DNA of 64,000 nucleotides from the IMG/VR virus record IMGVR_UViG_3300009605_006302. One strand, written 5' to 3'. Both the position numbers and the translations under genes were made by a program. Each line of letters starts with the position of its first letter. Positions within the stretch are counted from its first letter, which is position 1. The notes under the pieces are model-generated. The model was not told where the DNA came from and made no database searches. It was given only the letters and a program-made list of their open reading frames with translations. This DNA is from a virus. Below, piece by piece: positions 40,154 through 51,023 of this stretch.

Positions 40154-41862
40154 ATTTCAAGAACCTTTTCTATTCTATTGGTATCTATATACTCTCTGGC
40201 TTGTAAAAACGTTTCTAGTGGCATGTTACCAAAATTTACAGGATTTCCATTCTTATCGTTCAGTACTTTCGTTGCATCATCTAATTCTAACACATATTTA
40301 TGAAAGTTTTCATCACAATTTGGCTGACCATGCTTATCAAAAGAAATATCAAAATACTCCGTCAAATTGGGGCGCACAGTATTCCACATTTCTGTCCCGG
40401 GATATGCGGTCGCCGTAAACATTTTTGAATTAACGCTGGCCGCGGCGCTATTATACTCTTCTGTATCGGGGAGCGTTCCTTCTGTCCAAAACTCTTGTTG
40501 CCACTTTATAAAAGCAACACTGGTTTTAAGATGTTCCAAATCCTCACCAGGATAGCCCATAATCCAGGTACAATTGCCATGAATATTCGTCGTTTTGCAA
40601 TTCTGTACTGCGTTTACCATTGTGGTAGGAAATTCATGAACAACTCCATTAATTTTCTTTTGAGTTAAACCATTTTTTAAAATAAAACCGCCCTTCTTCA
40701 TCAAAGTTAAGGTGTGAGCCGAAGCAGATTCAGCCCCAAAGCCAATATAGACGCAACCAGACTCTGCCATATCATGCAATCTTTCATCAGCTTCGTCCAT
40801 TCTTGTATGTGTTCCCCACCTAACTTTATCCAAACCGTATTCTTTGAATACCGGGACCATTCTTTTTATTCTTCTTTTGTCAACTGCAAAATTATCATCC
40901 GGAAAGCCGATAAAATCTAAACCATATTTATCAACATACTCCCTCACTTGCTTTGCTATATGCTCGCTGGAGCGCATTCCATAGTTTCTTTCCCCTTGGG
41001 CGCCTCGATAACAAAAGGCGCACGCATACGGGCAGCCGCGGCTACTAACAGTGGTAAGGCTCCTCTCCATCTTAAATGGAGTTGCTGAACTATTGTTAGC
41101 CGCTAGGCCCCAAACTGGCACATTGATATAATCTTCCAATAAATTATGCCCATAAGGATCCGACTCCAATAAGTCAAAAGCCGGATACGGCAGATCATCT
41201 AGGTTCCTTGGCCTATTGCCTTCGTATTGAAATCTAGGTTTATTATCAATCTCTCCAATGTAATATGGGCTCAACTTGGTTGACTTAACCGCTTTCTTAA
41301 TGCCGTGATCTTTAATTACTTTTGCATCATTCAGTATTAAAAGAACTATATCATCGCCCTCAGAGCGACCAATTGCATCAAGCTCCGGTATCCATTTAAA
41401 TAAACCTGTCTTAATCTCTGTTGCCAAGCCGTTACCAGTGACCAAAAAACAACCTGGCTGGTGTTTTCTAACCAATTTGGCCATTTCTTCTTGCCACCTC
41501 AACGTAGTGATCTTACCTGAGAAAGCAATCACATCCTGATCTCCAACCTTTCTTATATGTTGAATAAGAAAATTTTCTGCTTCCTCATATGAGAAGTGCC
41601 GGCCAATGGGTAAATTCCTTTTTTCAGATATCTCATCTTTTATTCGATAACCATTTAAATCAAGTATGTGGGCCTCCGCACCATACCTTCTTGATATGGC
41701 CGCCAATATCGCAGGACCCTCGGGAGGTACATTGGGCATGGCTGTTTCTCGAAGTGGCATGTTTATAAATGTAATCTTCATTCCCGCAAAAGAGTTGAAA
41801 TTCAAATTCAGTTCTTTTATAAAATCACTGGGGTGTCTTATGAGTCTTTTATTCTTGGTCAC
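40150..41862 (-). CDS. Cobalamin-binding radical SAM enzyme (class B methyltransferase-like)
   Basis: N-terminal B12-binding Rossmann region (PPEGPAILAA, VTGNGLAT). SRGCPYACAFC (CxxxCxxC), DDNF and GFGAES. Confidence 0.88.
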   Translation of the reverse strand: MTKNKRLIRHPSDFIKELNLNFNSFAGMKITFINMPLRETAMPNVPPEGPAILAAISRRYGAEAHILDLNGYRIKDEISEKRNLPIGRHFSYEEAENFLIQHIRKVGDQDVIAFSGKITTLRWQEEMAKLVRKHQPGCFLVTGNGLATEIKTGLFKWIPELDAIGRSEGDDIVLLILNDAKVIKDHGIKKAVKSTKLSPYYIGEIDNKPRFQYEGNRPRNLDDLPYPAFDLLESDPYGHNLLEDYINVPVWGLAANNSSATPFKMERSLTTVSSRGCPYACAFCYRGAQGERNYGMRSSEHIAKQVREYVDKYGLDFIGFPDDNFAVDKRRIKRMVPVFKEYGLDKVRWGTHTRMDEADERLHDMAESGCVYIGFGAESASAHTLTLMKKGGFILKNGLTQKKINGVVHEFPTTMVNAVQNCKTTNIHGNCTWIMGYPGEDLEHLKTSVAFIKWQQEFWTEGTLPDTEEYNSAAASVNSKMFTATAYPGTEMWNTVRPNLTEYFDISFDKHGQPNCDENFHKYVLELDDATKVLNDKNGNPVNFGNMPLETFLQAREYIDTNRIEKVLEM

Positions 41863-41944
41863 TGCGATTATCTATCATATAATAACACACATGAAGGCAG
41901 TTTTTAATGCTTTTAATTTCTCTATCATACTTGGCTGCACCCCC

Positions 41945-42784
41945 TCATATCTGGTGATCGCTCGCATACCATGTTCGTTTTGAAACAGCTTCATCCACTT
42001 GAATACTATTGCAGATTATATTATTGCTCTTAAAATCATGTTCCATTGTTGTGAAAAACTCAAAAGTCACTTCCGGGAAGAATTTAGCAAGATAGTTCTT
42101 ATATAAGTGCTTCATATGTTCGCCCTCATATCTTATTCTCATTGACCACCACTCCCGTGTATTGTATTCGGGTGGAGTTAGATACCAAGCTTTTTTAATA
42201 TCTAAATTATTGTAAAAATCTATACCATAATAAACTATGTGTTCTGCTTGTAATTCTAGAATCGCATATAAAGTGGTATAATAAGAACTATTGCACAAGA
42301 GCTTATCTTCATACACCGGAATTATATATTTCTCTGCCTCTTCGGGCATGTGTTCAATCGGGCGGCCATCATATGTATACATTTTATCCAGATTCCTGTT
42401 TGTGGGCCCTCTCCATCGATGAACATAGGGTTCATCTTCTGATATATATGGCAAATAACCAAGGTTGTTTAATGTCCCCCCTTCAAAATGTTTTTTCTGT
42501 TCTTCCTTAGCCTTTTGCCATAAAAGCCAATCAGGTTTAAACTTATTGGTTAAACATTTTTTGATTTTAATTTTATTAAACACAGAGGCGTTAAAACCGG
42601 TGTCGGCGCTCACTGAATTGCACATAAGATAAATGTCTTTTTCTTGGAATTTATGCAAAATTTCTGGATTTTTGACCGTGTTTCTGTGATCATTAATCAA
42701 CAAAATATCTTTAATATTCTCATGATCCTGTTTGCCAAACATAGTCAGCGATGGGCCGGCGCCCAAAATACAAACTTTTTTCAC
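41945..42784 (-). CDS. Putative glycosyltransferase (sialyltransferase/DUF115-like Rossmann fold)
   Basis: VCILGAGPSL...ILLIN and the late motif IVYYGIDFY resemble GT29/GT42/Maf-type transferases. Lies next to neuA/neuB. Confidence 0.55.
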   Translation of the reverse strand: MKKVCILGAGPSLTMFGKQDHENIKDILLINDHRNTVKNPEILHKFQEKDIYLMCNSVSADTGFNASVFNKIKIKKCLTNKFKPDWLLWQKAKEEQKKHFEGGTLNNLGYLPYISEDEPYVHRWRGPTNRNLDKMYTYDGRPIEHMPEEAEKYIIPVYEDKLLCNSSYYTTLYAILELQAEHIVYYGIDFYNNLDIKKAWYLTPPEYNTREWWSMRIRYEGEHMKHLYKNYLAKFFPEVTFEFFTTMEHDFKSNNIICNSIQVDEAVSKRTWYASDHQI

Positions 42785-43560
42785 TTTAAACTCTCAATCT
42801 TTATTGTTTTTAAGCTAGGATCTGCTCTTAGAAATCTGATATCTCCAGCCCAAGTTTTCGAGGGTCCCCATGGGCGCTCAAATAAACATTCAGTTTTTGC
42901 AAAAAGGCTTTCATTGATAAAATGGTTTGTGATAACCTCGTGCGAACTAACGTGTTCTAGTGGCCACATTTTATTCATCCCCATGGCAATGTCTTCATAG
43001 GTGTCAAACACTCTTGTCACCTTTAGCAAATTTTCACTATTTCCCATAAAATATATATCGTTTATTTGATGTGGCATGATGGTTCCATTTTCCGTGCGAA
43101 CTCCTGTTATAGGGCCGGCTATGTAAAGCTTAGAAGAATCGTATTTTTCAAATTCAAACTTTTTAAACAAAGCAATATCGAATCTTGTCAAGACTATTTG
43201 ATCGTATTTGAAATTGTTCCTTTTTTCATGCTCTTCGGCTAGTTGCACTACTTTTTGTCTAGAATACCACATGCTCTTGAGACAATAAGCATATGGGACC
43301 GGTAGCTTTTCTTTCTTTATATGACCCCTAAGCTTGAAATCTCTATTTGGTTCAAACACGCTTTTAATCGGTTTATATAGATTTTTAATTCCCTCTTCGT
43401 GAGGGATGCTCCAACTATGGATAAAGACATCAACATTACCATGAAACAAGATAGAGGGGTAGATGTACTTGTCATAGCCATAGTGGTAATCTATTTCTTC
43501 ACCCTTGATCCACTTATCGACATTTCCTATAAATCCGGAAAGGCATAAAGCTACTCTCAT
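42781..43560 (-). CDS. Glycosyltransferase-like hypothetical protein
   Basis: MRVALCLSG...DVFIHSW...SMWYS...YDQIVLTRFD...INDIYFMG, a pattern often seen in viral glycan loci. Confidence 0.5.
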   Translation of the reverse strand: MRVALCLSGFIGNVDKWIKGEEIDYHYGYDKYIYPSILFHGNVDVFIHSWSIPHEEGIKNLYKPIKSVFEPNRDFKLRGHIKKEKLPVPYAYCLKSMWYSRQKVVQLAEEHEKRNNFKYDQIVLTRFDIALFKKFEFEKYDSSKLYIAGPITGVRTENGTIMPHQINDIYFMGNSENLLKVTRVFDTYEDIAMGMNKMWPLEHVSSHEVITNHFINESLFAKTECLFERPWGPSKTWAGDIRFLRADPSLKTIKIESLK

Positions 43561-43567
43561 TTTTCAC

Positions 43568-44275
43568 CTACCTATTAATATAAACTAAAATATTACTATC
43601 TTTATCCATTATGTCTGTGCCCGGGCGGCGGTGAATATGTTCGCTTAGTCCACAGTGACGAAACAAATTCTCTTTATTTCCGATAAAATTATTATATAAA
43701 TCATCCACCACTTCGCGGGAATATATATCTTCTATAAATAATGCCCCATTTTTATTTAAATTCTTATAAAACTTATTTAAAACATACATCTGCTGCTCAG
43801 GAATATGTGACCCATCATCGATAATAACATCAAATTTTTTCTCATCTAGTCCTGTATATTTAAGTATATCGCATTCTATAAGGGATATATTATTCGGCAG
43901 ATTAACTAGAAAAGCTGCGCGGCCGAAGGGGCGGCTGTCGACCGGTTTGTGGTTTTTAGCTAAAAGTATATCAACACCAATAATCTCAGGGCTACCAAAC
44001 CACACATCCCAAATGCACAAAGAATGACCATATTTTATACCGATCTCCAGAACAGAATTGACATTCATATCCCTCCCTTTTGTGTATTGCCAATAAGTTT
44101 CTAAATAATTATGCGCCGAATCCTTATCGGACCAGCCACCGCACTGGTCCATTGCTAGGTCTCGGAAATAACGCCATTTTTTAAGAGAATGAACTTCTTT
44201 TGGCCATTTGAAATATTCCCAATCAAAGGCCCTAAGACCACTGCTCAATATGTGCATTCCGCTCTTAGACGCCAT
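43568..44275 (-). CDS. Class I SAM-dependent methyltransferase
   Basis: VLEIGIKYG.SL, IIGVDI and FDVIIDDGSH. The start is probably 44275 or 44302; the track's 44398 start overlaps the upstream gene heavily. Confidence 0.8.
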   Translation of the reverse strand: MASKSGMHILSSGLRAFDWEYFKWPKEVHSLKKWRYFRDLAMDQCGGWSDKDSAHNYLETYWQYTKGRDMNVNSVLEIGIKYGHSLCIWDVWFGSPEIIGVDILLAKNHKPVDSRPFGRAAFLVNLPNNISLIECDILKYTGLDEKKFDVIIDDGSHIPEQQMYVLNKFYKNLNKNGALFIEDIYSREVVDDLYNNFIGNKENLFRHCGLSEHIHRRPGTDIMDKDSNILVYINR

Positions 44276-44282
44276 AATTCTA

Positions 44283-45275
44283 TTATTTTTTCCAATATCC
44301 ATATATTCCTTCATTAATTTCATAATATGGCCAAACAAATCTTTCTCTGTTCGGCTGCTTAACAGCCCAGCTCCACATTCTAGTAAGACCTTCTTCAAGA
44401 TCGGTTAAATGTTTAAAGTCAAGCAATTCAACTGATTTTTGCCAAGTGCTCCAAGCATGTTTTGCTTCATGTCTTTTTTCCAAATAAATTGGTTCTAAAT
44501 TGGTACCAGAAATTTTTATTAAAGTTTCACAGGTTTCTTTTATGGTCGACTCTCTTGTTCCGCCTAAATTTATAGTTTGATCAACACAAGAATCCCTCTG
44601 AGAGGCATTCCAAAATGGCTCTAACGAATCATCAACATAACTAAAGGCTCTTGTCTGCAATCCGTCTCCAAAAATAGTTGGGGCTTGCTCATTTAAAATT
44701 TGAAACATCCAAATACCTAAAACATTTCTATACTTATCCCAAATATTTTGCTTAATGCCGTAAAAATTATGTGGCCTAATGATGGTATATTTTAGCCCAT
44801 GTTGTTCATAGGCTATTTTCAAATCTTGCTCAACAGAAAATTTCGCAACACCATAAGGATCAATCGGAGCCTGTTGCATATCTTCATGGAAAGGCGGATC
44901 ATGTCTATTTCCATATACTGACATTGAACTGGCAAACACAAACCGCTCAACATTGTACATTATACTGCAGTTGATCAAGTTAACAGAAGCAATTAAATTA
45001 TTTTCATAATTAAACTTTCTAACAAATGGACTCAGCCCCTCGGCGGCGTATGCAGCAAAGTGATAAACTATATCAGGCTTGTATTTTTCAAAAACTTTCG
45101 AAATATCATCATATACCAAATCCAAACAATAAAAAACAACTTCTTTATTAATGTTTTCTTTATATCCGCCAGATAAATTATCAATACCGACAACCTTATG
45201 ATCGGTGTTATCAATTATCCAATCGGCCAGGCGGGAACCTAAAAGTCCAGCTACTCCAGTAATTAATATATTCAT
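44283..45275 (-). CDS. NAD-dependent epimerase/dehydratase (UDP-glucose 4-epimerase-like)
   Basis: ILITGVAGLLG, HFAAYAAEG, YGVAK and RAFSYVDD. Confidence 0.9.
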   Translation of the reverse strand: MNILITGVAGLLGSRLADWIIDNTDHKVVGIDNLSGGYKENINKEVVFYCLDLVYDDISKVFEKYKPDIVYHFAAYAAEGLSPFVRKFNYENNLIASVNLINCSIMYNVERFVFASSMSVYGNRHDPPFHEDMQQAPIDPYGVAKFSVEQDLKIAYEQHGLKYTIIRPHNFYGIKQNIWDKYRNVLGIWMFQILNEQAPTIFGDGLQTRAFSYVDDSLEPFWNASQRDSCVDQTINLGGTRESTIKETCETLIKISGTNLEPIYLEKRHEAKHAWSTWQKSVELLDFKHLTDLEEGLTRMWSWAVKQPNRERFVWPYYEINEGIYGYWKK

Positions 45276-46204
45276 TAGATTTCATTCCTATCTATTCCAT
45301 ATTTTTTAAAATATAGATCATCAGCGCTGCCCCACGAAAACCAGCCCGGATAATTTGTTTCGCCCAAGTTCCTACGATCTTTAGGTGCTTTAGCGATTTT
45401 CCACGGACTAAAAATAGCCACCTTTTCTGCTCCGCTAAGTGTAGCCGCCCACCAAGAGAACGTGCTATTAAATATTATAACCTGATTGAAGCTTCTTATT
45501 AAGTTAAAATCGTCCATAAAATCATCACGCAATCCTCCAGAGCCGTCAATTGTTTCTTTTCCATTGCAATGCACAACAGGTTCCAGATCGGAAAAACCTT
45601 CCACAAGGTGATTTATATATTCTAACGATTGCTCTGGCTCAACCCATGGAGAATTTGAAGGAGGGTTCGGGCCGATAGAAATTTCGTGCCTAATTCTCTC
45701 TATATCTTCAAGAGTGTAAGGGGACCATTTCTCCGCATCAGTAACAATATGAAGCCTATCATATTCAAACGATTGCAAAGCTTCCTTGAACGAATCAGCT
45801 GTGATATGATTCTTGTTGTGGCTAACTTGAACAAGCCTGTTCTGAAGTCTTAAATGCAATATTACATCCTTCTTATTCGTAATTGAAATCGAAGGAAACC
45901 ACCGCCTTATCTCAGACAAAAATGTCTTAAACACCTTAAAATCTTCAAAATAGCCATTAACCACTATATTACAATCCGGCAAATCGGAAAACAACACTTT
46001 TTTATAATTTTCATCACTTATAACAAGGCTAGACAACGGAACAGGGTTGGGATTAACCGACTGGGATATGCCCATCTCGGGAATTGCTCGATGCTCTAAA
46101 AACAAGCCATGACGCTCGGCTAACAGCCTGGCCATGCAATACTGAAACAGGTTATTTCCGAACCCAATTGTCAGATTTGCTCTAACTGTTCCCTGTTTCT
46201 TCAT
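45275..46204 (-). CDS. GT11-like alpha-1,2-fucosyltransferase family protein
   Basis: GFGNNLFQY, NGYFE, VILHLR and NSTFSWWAA are the GT11 motifs. The start is probably 46204. Confidence 0.75.
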   Translation of the reverse strand: MKKQGTVRANLTIGFGNNLFQYCMARLLAERHGLFLEHRAIPEMGISQSVNPNPVPLSSLVISDENYKKVLFSDLPDCNIVVNGYFEDFKVFKTFLSEIRRWFPSISITNKKDVILHLRLQNRLVQVSHNKNHITADSFKEALQSFEYDRLHIVTDAEKWSPYTLEDIERIRHEISIGPNPPSNSPWVEPEQSLEYINHLVEGFSDLEPVVHCNGKETIDGSGGLRDDFMDDFNLIRSFNQVIIFNSTFSWWAATLSGAEKVAIFSPWKIAKAPKDRRNLGETNYPGWFSWGSADDLYFKKYGIDRNEI

Positions 46205-47291
46205 ATCTAAATAAGTCCCCGTATGCATTTCTCAATTTGTCTATAACTTCTGTACTCTCTCTCACAACGACATCAAAGCCGCACTCTGCCAAGGCAACCG
46301 CATATTTCAACTGTTGTGATTCTTCAAGAGAAGCAACGCCCTTTTTATATGTAACGCCGTCAATCTCGACCGGTACGGCTTTATCATTCTTATCAATGAA
46401 GTCTTTTACTTGAAAGTCTAAATGCTTGGTGTTAATCGCGTTAGATGCCTGGCAAATGTCTGCCGGCAGATCATTTAATTCGCAGCACCTGATAAAGGCT
46501 CTTGTGTCTCTTGGGAAACAGGGGCCGCCGAATCCAAAACCGTAGCCCAAATATTTTGAATTAACTCTGCTATCTCCCGCAACAGCAGCCAACACCTTAT
46601 GGGGATCAGCCCCCATTTTTACTGCCAAATCGCCGACCATGTTGGCATAAGAGATTTTAACAATAAGAATACAATTAAGAGAGATTTTTATTAATTCGGT
46701 CTCCAATCTAGAGTTTTTAAAAATGCTAGGTTGGTTCAGGCACATCTTGGCATAAACCTCTTCCACTTCATTTGCTGCCTGTTCATTGTCTGCTCCAATG
46801 TAGACACAATCAGGATATGCTTGATTTCTCATAATTGTGCCTTGTGCAATCATCTCGGGGTTGTAAGTTACAATCCAATTATAAGGCTGCAGCCTATCAG
46901 ATACAGTATCTGAATAACCTGGATTTACATTTGAAGAGATGACAAGATGTTTTTGGTCGCTTTGGTGTCCCAGTTCAATCAAGGAGCTTACAACAGCCTC
47001 CACTTGAGAAACATCATATTTGCCATCTGGGTCCGACGTGGTTCTGACTAATACAAAAACAAGCTCCGCATGTTCTATTGTTTTTACTAAATCTGTTGTT
47101 GCAATAAAATTTTTACTAGTGGAGAGATGTTCATTAACGCCGGGCTCATATGATATCAGAGTCTTATTGTTGATTAAGTCAACATAGTCCTGATTAATAT
47201 CACAACCAACTACGTTATATCCCGCACCTTCAAGCGAAAGAGAGAAACACAACCCCAATCTTCCTATACCGATTACAGATAAATTATTCAT
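46182..47291 (-). CDS. ugd: UDP-glucose/GDP-mannose 6-dehydrogenase
   Basis: VIGIGRLG, YNPE, ELIKISLN and GFGGPCFPRD (catalytic Cys). Confidence 0.9.
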   Translation of the reverse strand: MNNLSVIGIGRLGLCFSLSLEGAGYNVVGCDINQDYVDLINNKTLISYEPGVNEHLSTSKNFIATTDLVKTIEHAELVFVLVRTTSDPDGKYDVSQVEAVVSSLIELGHQSDQKHLVISSNVNPGYSDTVSDRLQPYNWIVTYNPEMIAQGTIMRNQAYPDCVYIGADNEQAANEVEEVYAKMCLNQPSIFKNSRLETELIKISLNCILIVKISYANMVGDLAVKMGADPHKVLAAVAGDSRVNSKYLGYGFGFGGPCFPRDTRAFIRCCELNDLPADICQASNAINTKHLDFQVKDFIDKNDKAVPVEIDGVTYKKGVASLEESQQLKYAVALAECGFDVVVRESTEVIDKLRNAYGDLFRYEETGNS

Positions 47292-48187
47292 CTTGCAACC
47301 TCCTTAAAGAATTTCTCGTAATTTTTAGCTGCCTTGACCATTGAAATGGGTGACTCGATCTCGTTATTGCAGGTTTTACCATAGTCTAGTTGGGGAGGGC
47401 GAGGGTCCTCTAAAAAAGAAAAATCCCACTCTTCTTCTTGAACTATAGTTGCATCTTTTCCGGCTATTTCTTTTGTGCCGCCAGACGATGAACAAACAAT
47501 TTGACAACCACACGCTCTTGCATCGATCACTACATTCGGACAATGATCCAGATAAGCCAAATGTATAAAATATTTTGATGCCTTGAATAGCGACAACAAA
47601 ATATCCGAATCCAAGTTCCCAACATAAAATATCCTAGGATGCTCTACAATCTCATCTGGGTTCGGGCCAGCTACAATCAAACAGTCCTCTTCGTGTGAGA
47701 AGTTTAAAAAATATTCTATATTTGACTTTAACCTTTTAAACACATGCCAGTGTGACGCGCAGGACCAAATGTTGTTATATTTCTCGCGATATTCTTGAAA
47801 TCCGGGACTAACTGTCTGTATGTTCAGCATATCGGCCCCATTATTGACAATGCAATAATTATCGTGTTTCCCAAACCACTTAAAAATCAAATCCTTGTTA
47901 AACTGTGTTTGGAAAACAATGCCGTTTGCTCTGTCATAAGTTTTTCGAATATTGTAATTCATCTTATCACAATCAAAATTAGCATTAAAATATATCCCGT
48001 CCAACCGCTGAATCATTGGAAGATCCGGCCTAATGCCAATGGATTCAATAAAAGTTAGTTTTAAATCATACGGAAAACAAGATTTAAAAGTCGTTCCGCG
48101 TAATTCAAGATATTTCATTAATTTCTGAGCAAAATAGTTGGGCCCAGAATTAGAATTTAAATTAACGTTCTCTAAAAAGACATTCAC
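47288..48187 (-). CDS. Glycosyltransferase, GT4-like
   Basis: QRLDG, IVNNG and DHCPNVVIDARACG..IV.S..GGTKE (GT-B motif). Confidence 0.8.
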   Translation of the reverse strand: MNVFLENVNLNSNSGPNYFAQKLMKYLELRGTTFKSCFPYDLKLTFIESIGIRPDLPMIQRLDGIYFNANFDCDKMNYNIRKTYDRANGIVFQTQFNKDLIFKWFGKHDNYCIVNNGADMLNIQTVSPGFQEYREKYNNIWSCASHWHVFKRLKSNIEYFLNFSHEEDCLIVAGPNPDEIVEHPRIFYVGNLDSDILLSLFKASKYFIHLAYLDHCPNVVIDARACGCQIVCSSSGGTKEIAGKDATIVQEEEWDFSFLEDPRPPQLDYGKTCNNEIESPISMVKAAKNYEKFFKEVAR

Positions 48188-48930
48188 AGCGAAGCCAGCC
48201 TTTGATAAGGCTTCAGGCTGCGTATGGTTTGCTCAGTCATAAGCTGATCTGTTCTGTTGACTCGATCATCAGACAGTGGGTTCAATCGATTATAAACATA
48301 TAAAACTTCACCAATAGCCTTAAAATGCGCTGGACCAGACATCTCAGCCATTGGCCACATCATGGCTTGATCGCCAGTCGTTGACCAAAACTCGCCCGTC
48401 TTGTTCATCAGATCTTTTCTTTTTATGTTGCAAAACAATTGTTTCCGAAACGTTCCCAAATGAGAAAATTCCCAAGTTTTACTCCTAATTGAACCGGCCC
48501 AATAATGTGAATTAATTTTAGGATTTACCACTTCTCCAGTTGGCTCAACAACATAAGAGCCGTTTGTCATCCAGATTTTAGATGATTCATAAACCTCATT
48601 TAGTTTACTTAACACATTTGAATTGTACAACCAATCGTCTCCATCCAATATAACAACAATTGTATCATCTCGTAGTGAATGAATTACATTATATAAATTT
48701 TCCATCTTTCCCTTGTTAAAAGGATTAATTTTAAATTCAAATTTTCCCCGAATCAAAGAATTGTTTTCAATATATTCCTCAACAATAGAAGCGGTACCAT
48801 CTGTTGAATGATCATCTATATATACAATATCATATTCATCATAATTCTGATTAATAACAGAAGACAAATTTCTACTAACCCAAGCTTCACAATTAAAGGC
48901 CGGAATGACAATTGTAAAATGTTCTTTCAT
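48184..48930 (-). CDS. Glycosyltransferase family 2
   Basis: IVIPAFN, YIDDHSTD and ILDGDD (DxD). Confidence 0.9.
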   Translation of the reverse strand: MKEHFTIVIPAFNCEAWVSRNLSSVINQNYDEYDIVYIDDHSTDGTASIVEEYIENNSLIRGKFEFKINPFNKGKMENLYNVIHSLRDDTIVVILDGDDWLYNSNVLSKLNEVYESSKIWMTNGSYVVEPTGEVVNPKINSHYWAGSIRSKTWEFSHLGTFRKQLFCNIKRKDLMNKTGEFWSTTGDQAMMWPMAEMSGPAHFKAIGEVLYVYNRLNPLSDDRVNRTDQLMTEQTIRSLKPYQRLASL

Positions 48931-51023
48931 TGTTTACTAACACGATTCCAAAATACACCCCTCCTAGACTTAAGATAATCAATAATACTGTCTACATCGT
49001 CAGTATTAAACCATTCTTCATCAAGATGTTGTACGTTTTCATTAAGCTCCAGCTCGCATCCCAATAATTTAGCCTCTATAACATAACGAGGACAAGTATC
49101 CAACCCAGAAGGTTTAAAACAAATTCCCTTAGCAGTTGCAAGCTTTTCTAAAACTTCTAAATGGGTGATATCACTAATAACGTCATATTCTATATTATTT
49201 TCAGTACACCACTTTTCAGAATCCGCAAAGCCCTTTACCCAAGAACGAGAACCCAAAACAAGATATTTCTTCCTGTCCGCTGGCAATTGGTTTCTTAAGT
49301 TTTTTATTTGATCAAAAAATTCGCCATCAAAAATAGAACCCAAAACAAACAACTTGCTCTCATCTAAACCATTGAGACTGTTTTTATAAATCTCCATTTG
49401 TTTTTGAGACATAAAATGCGTCATAACAGAGCGATTAACAAAGTTGGCAATTATTTTTCCCTTATCGGTCTCTGCATAGTCACATTCTTTCTCTTCTAGC
49501 ATTTGATACAAGAATGGGTTCCTATATTCACAGAATTTATAATCAAATTCAATAAAATGATATTTAACCTTACTGTCAATAACATATTGGAGAATCTCAT
49601 CGCTCATCTGTGAAATATTTCCAAAAATCCAAGTTGATTCTTTGTTAGAATCAATGAAGGTATTCGAAAGCTGGGCACAATTGATGGTTGATTTTGTCCC
49701 GGGGCTATCATCTATTAGAGCCTGCAAGCTTAACTCTGCCCCACCTAAAACCTGATGAGAAAAGAAATCGCTGACAAAAATAAAATCTTTTTGTTCTGCC
49801 ACTGCAGGCTTATTATTAAGAAATATACTATTAACAAATTTCTTATATAGAACCTCTTTTGTAAAATTCTTGCGAATCCACTTATTCAGCTTTTTTGCTT
49901 GACTTTTAAATCGATTATAATCTTTATATACTTCGCGGAGCCTCTTCTTATATGAAATCTCGTTGGCATAACACCACAGAGAATCCTTTTGTAAGACACC
50001 ATCCCAATGAGCTTCTTCTTGAATAGGCTGTAGAGTATATTCAACTTTCGCGAAATGCGCTTTATTCTTTGTCTTTCCTGTTTTCTTGTTCTTTATAGGA
50101 ACATACAAAAAGTCAACATGCCCGCTCCAATCAGGAGCGACAACAGGAAGCTCATTATAAGCAGCTTCAAAAATAGGTAAACCAAATCCTTCTCCGTGTG
50201 TTAAACTAACCAATGATTTAATTTTTGAATGTTGATATAGTGCAGTTATCTCGTTCTCGGTCATTGATCCATGAAGAAGATACACTTTACATTTTCTATC
50301 TTTGTTCTCATTCAATAATTGTGTTATTGCTTTCTCTGTTTCCAGACGATCTTGAGTTGAATCACATTTGATATTACACTTAACAACCAAACCAACTTCA
50401 TCGTTTTTAAATTCCTCAACAAACCACTTAATTGTGTTATGCATGTTTTTTCTCGGAGAAATTTGTGCAACAGTCAGAAAATTAAAATTATGATCCAAAT
50501 TTAAATCCAATTTTGCCGGCTCAAAGTCTCTGACGGGATAGTGAACTACCTCAATAGGAGTTGTGCATCGAAAATCCTGAATAACTTCTCCTGTTTCTTT
50601 GTTTTGAGCCTGATAAGATGAATTCTCATAAACCTGCTTGGAATGTTCAGAAACAGTAATGATTTTATCCACCAATATAGACTTTTCAATCCACTGTGGG
50701 GCGACTTTGGTAGTTTCAATGCCAGCAGTTACGCCAATATTGACTGGGGCCATTTTCTCCCATTCATTCGGAATAGTTACTTGAACAGATATATCGAATT
50801 GACCTCCGGAGTTAATATAGGCATATGTTTTATCTAATGTTGCATCAATCCAACGTCTTTCTTCGTTGTCTTCCCATGTCCAACCGGTTTGGCCCCAATT
50901 GATATTTATGAGATAAATATCGAATAGATCTTCACGACTTCTCAGCGAACGAAGAACAAAACGACCGTGTTCACCATATCCAGAACGACTTAATACCGGC
51001 GCTCTAACAATAATCTTTTTCAT
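48927..51023 (-). CDS. Two-module glycosyltransferase (GT4 plus a second GT-B-like module)
   Basis: Start refined to MKKIIVRAP (51023). SGYGEH and HGEGFGLPIFEAA; second module FVSDFF...GGAE...DTCPRYVIEAKLLG. Confidence 0.82.
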   Translation of the reverse strand: MKKIIVRAPVLSRSGYGEHGRFVLRSLRSREDLFDIYLININWGQTGWTWEDNEERRWIDATLDKTYAYINSGGQFDISVQVTIPNEWEKMAPVNIGVTAGIETTKVAPQWIEKSILVDKIITVSEHSKQVYENSSYQAQNKETGEVIQDFRCTTPIEVVHYPVRDFEPAKLDLNLDHNFNFLTVAQISPRKNMHNTIKWFVEEFKNDEVGLVVKCNIKCDSTQDRLETEKAITQLLNENKDRKCKVYLLHGSMTENEITALYQHSKIKSLVSLTHGEGFGLPIFEAAYNELPVVAPDWSGHVDFLYVPIKNKKTGKTKNKAHFAKVEYTLQPIQEEAHWDGVLQKDSLWCYANEISYKKRLREVYKDYNRFKSQAKKLNKWIRKNFTKEVLYKKFVNSIFLNNKPAVAEQKDFIFVSDFFSHQVLGGAELSLQALIDDSPGTKSTINCAQLSNTFIDSNKESTWIFGNISQMSDEILQYVIDSKVKYHFIEFDYKFCEYRNPFLYQMLEEKECDYAETDKGKIIANFVNRSVMTHFMSQKQMEIYKNSLNGLDESKLFVLGSIFDGEFFDQIKNLRNQLPADRKKYLVLGSRSWVKGFADSEKWCTENNIEYDVISDITHLEVLEKLATAKGICFKPSGLDTCPRYVIEAKLLGCELELNENVQHLDEEWFNTDDVDSIIDYLKSRRGVFWNRVSKQ

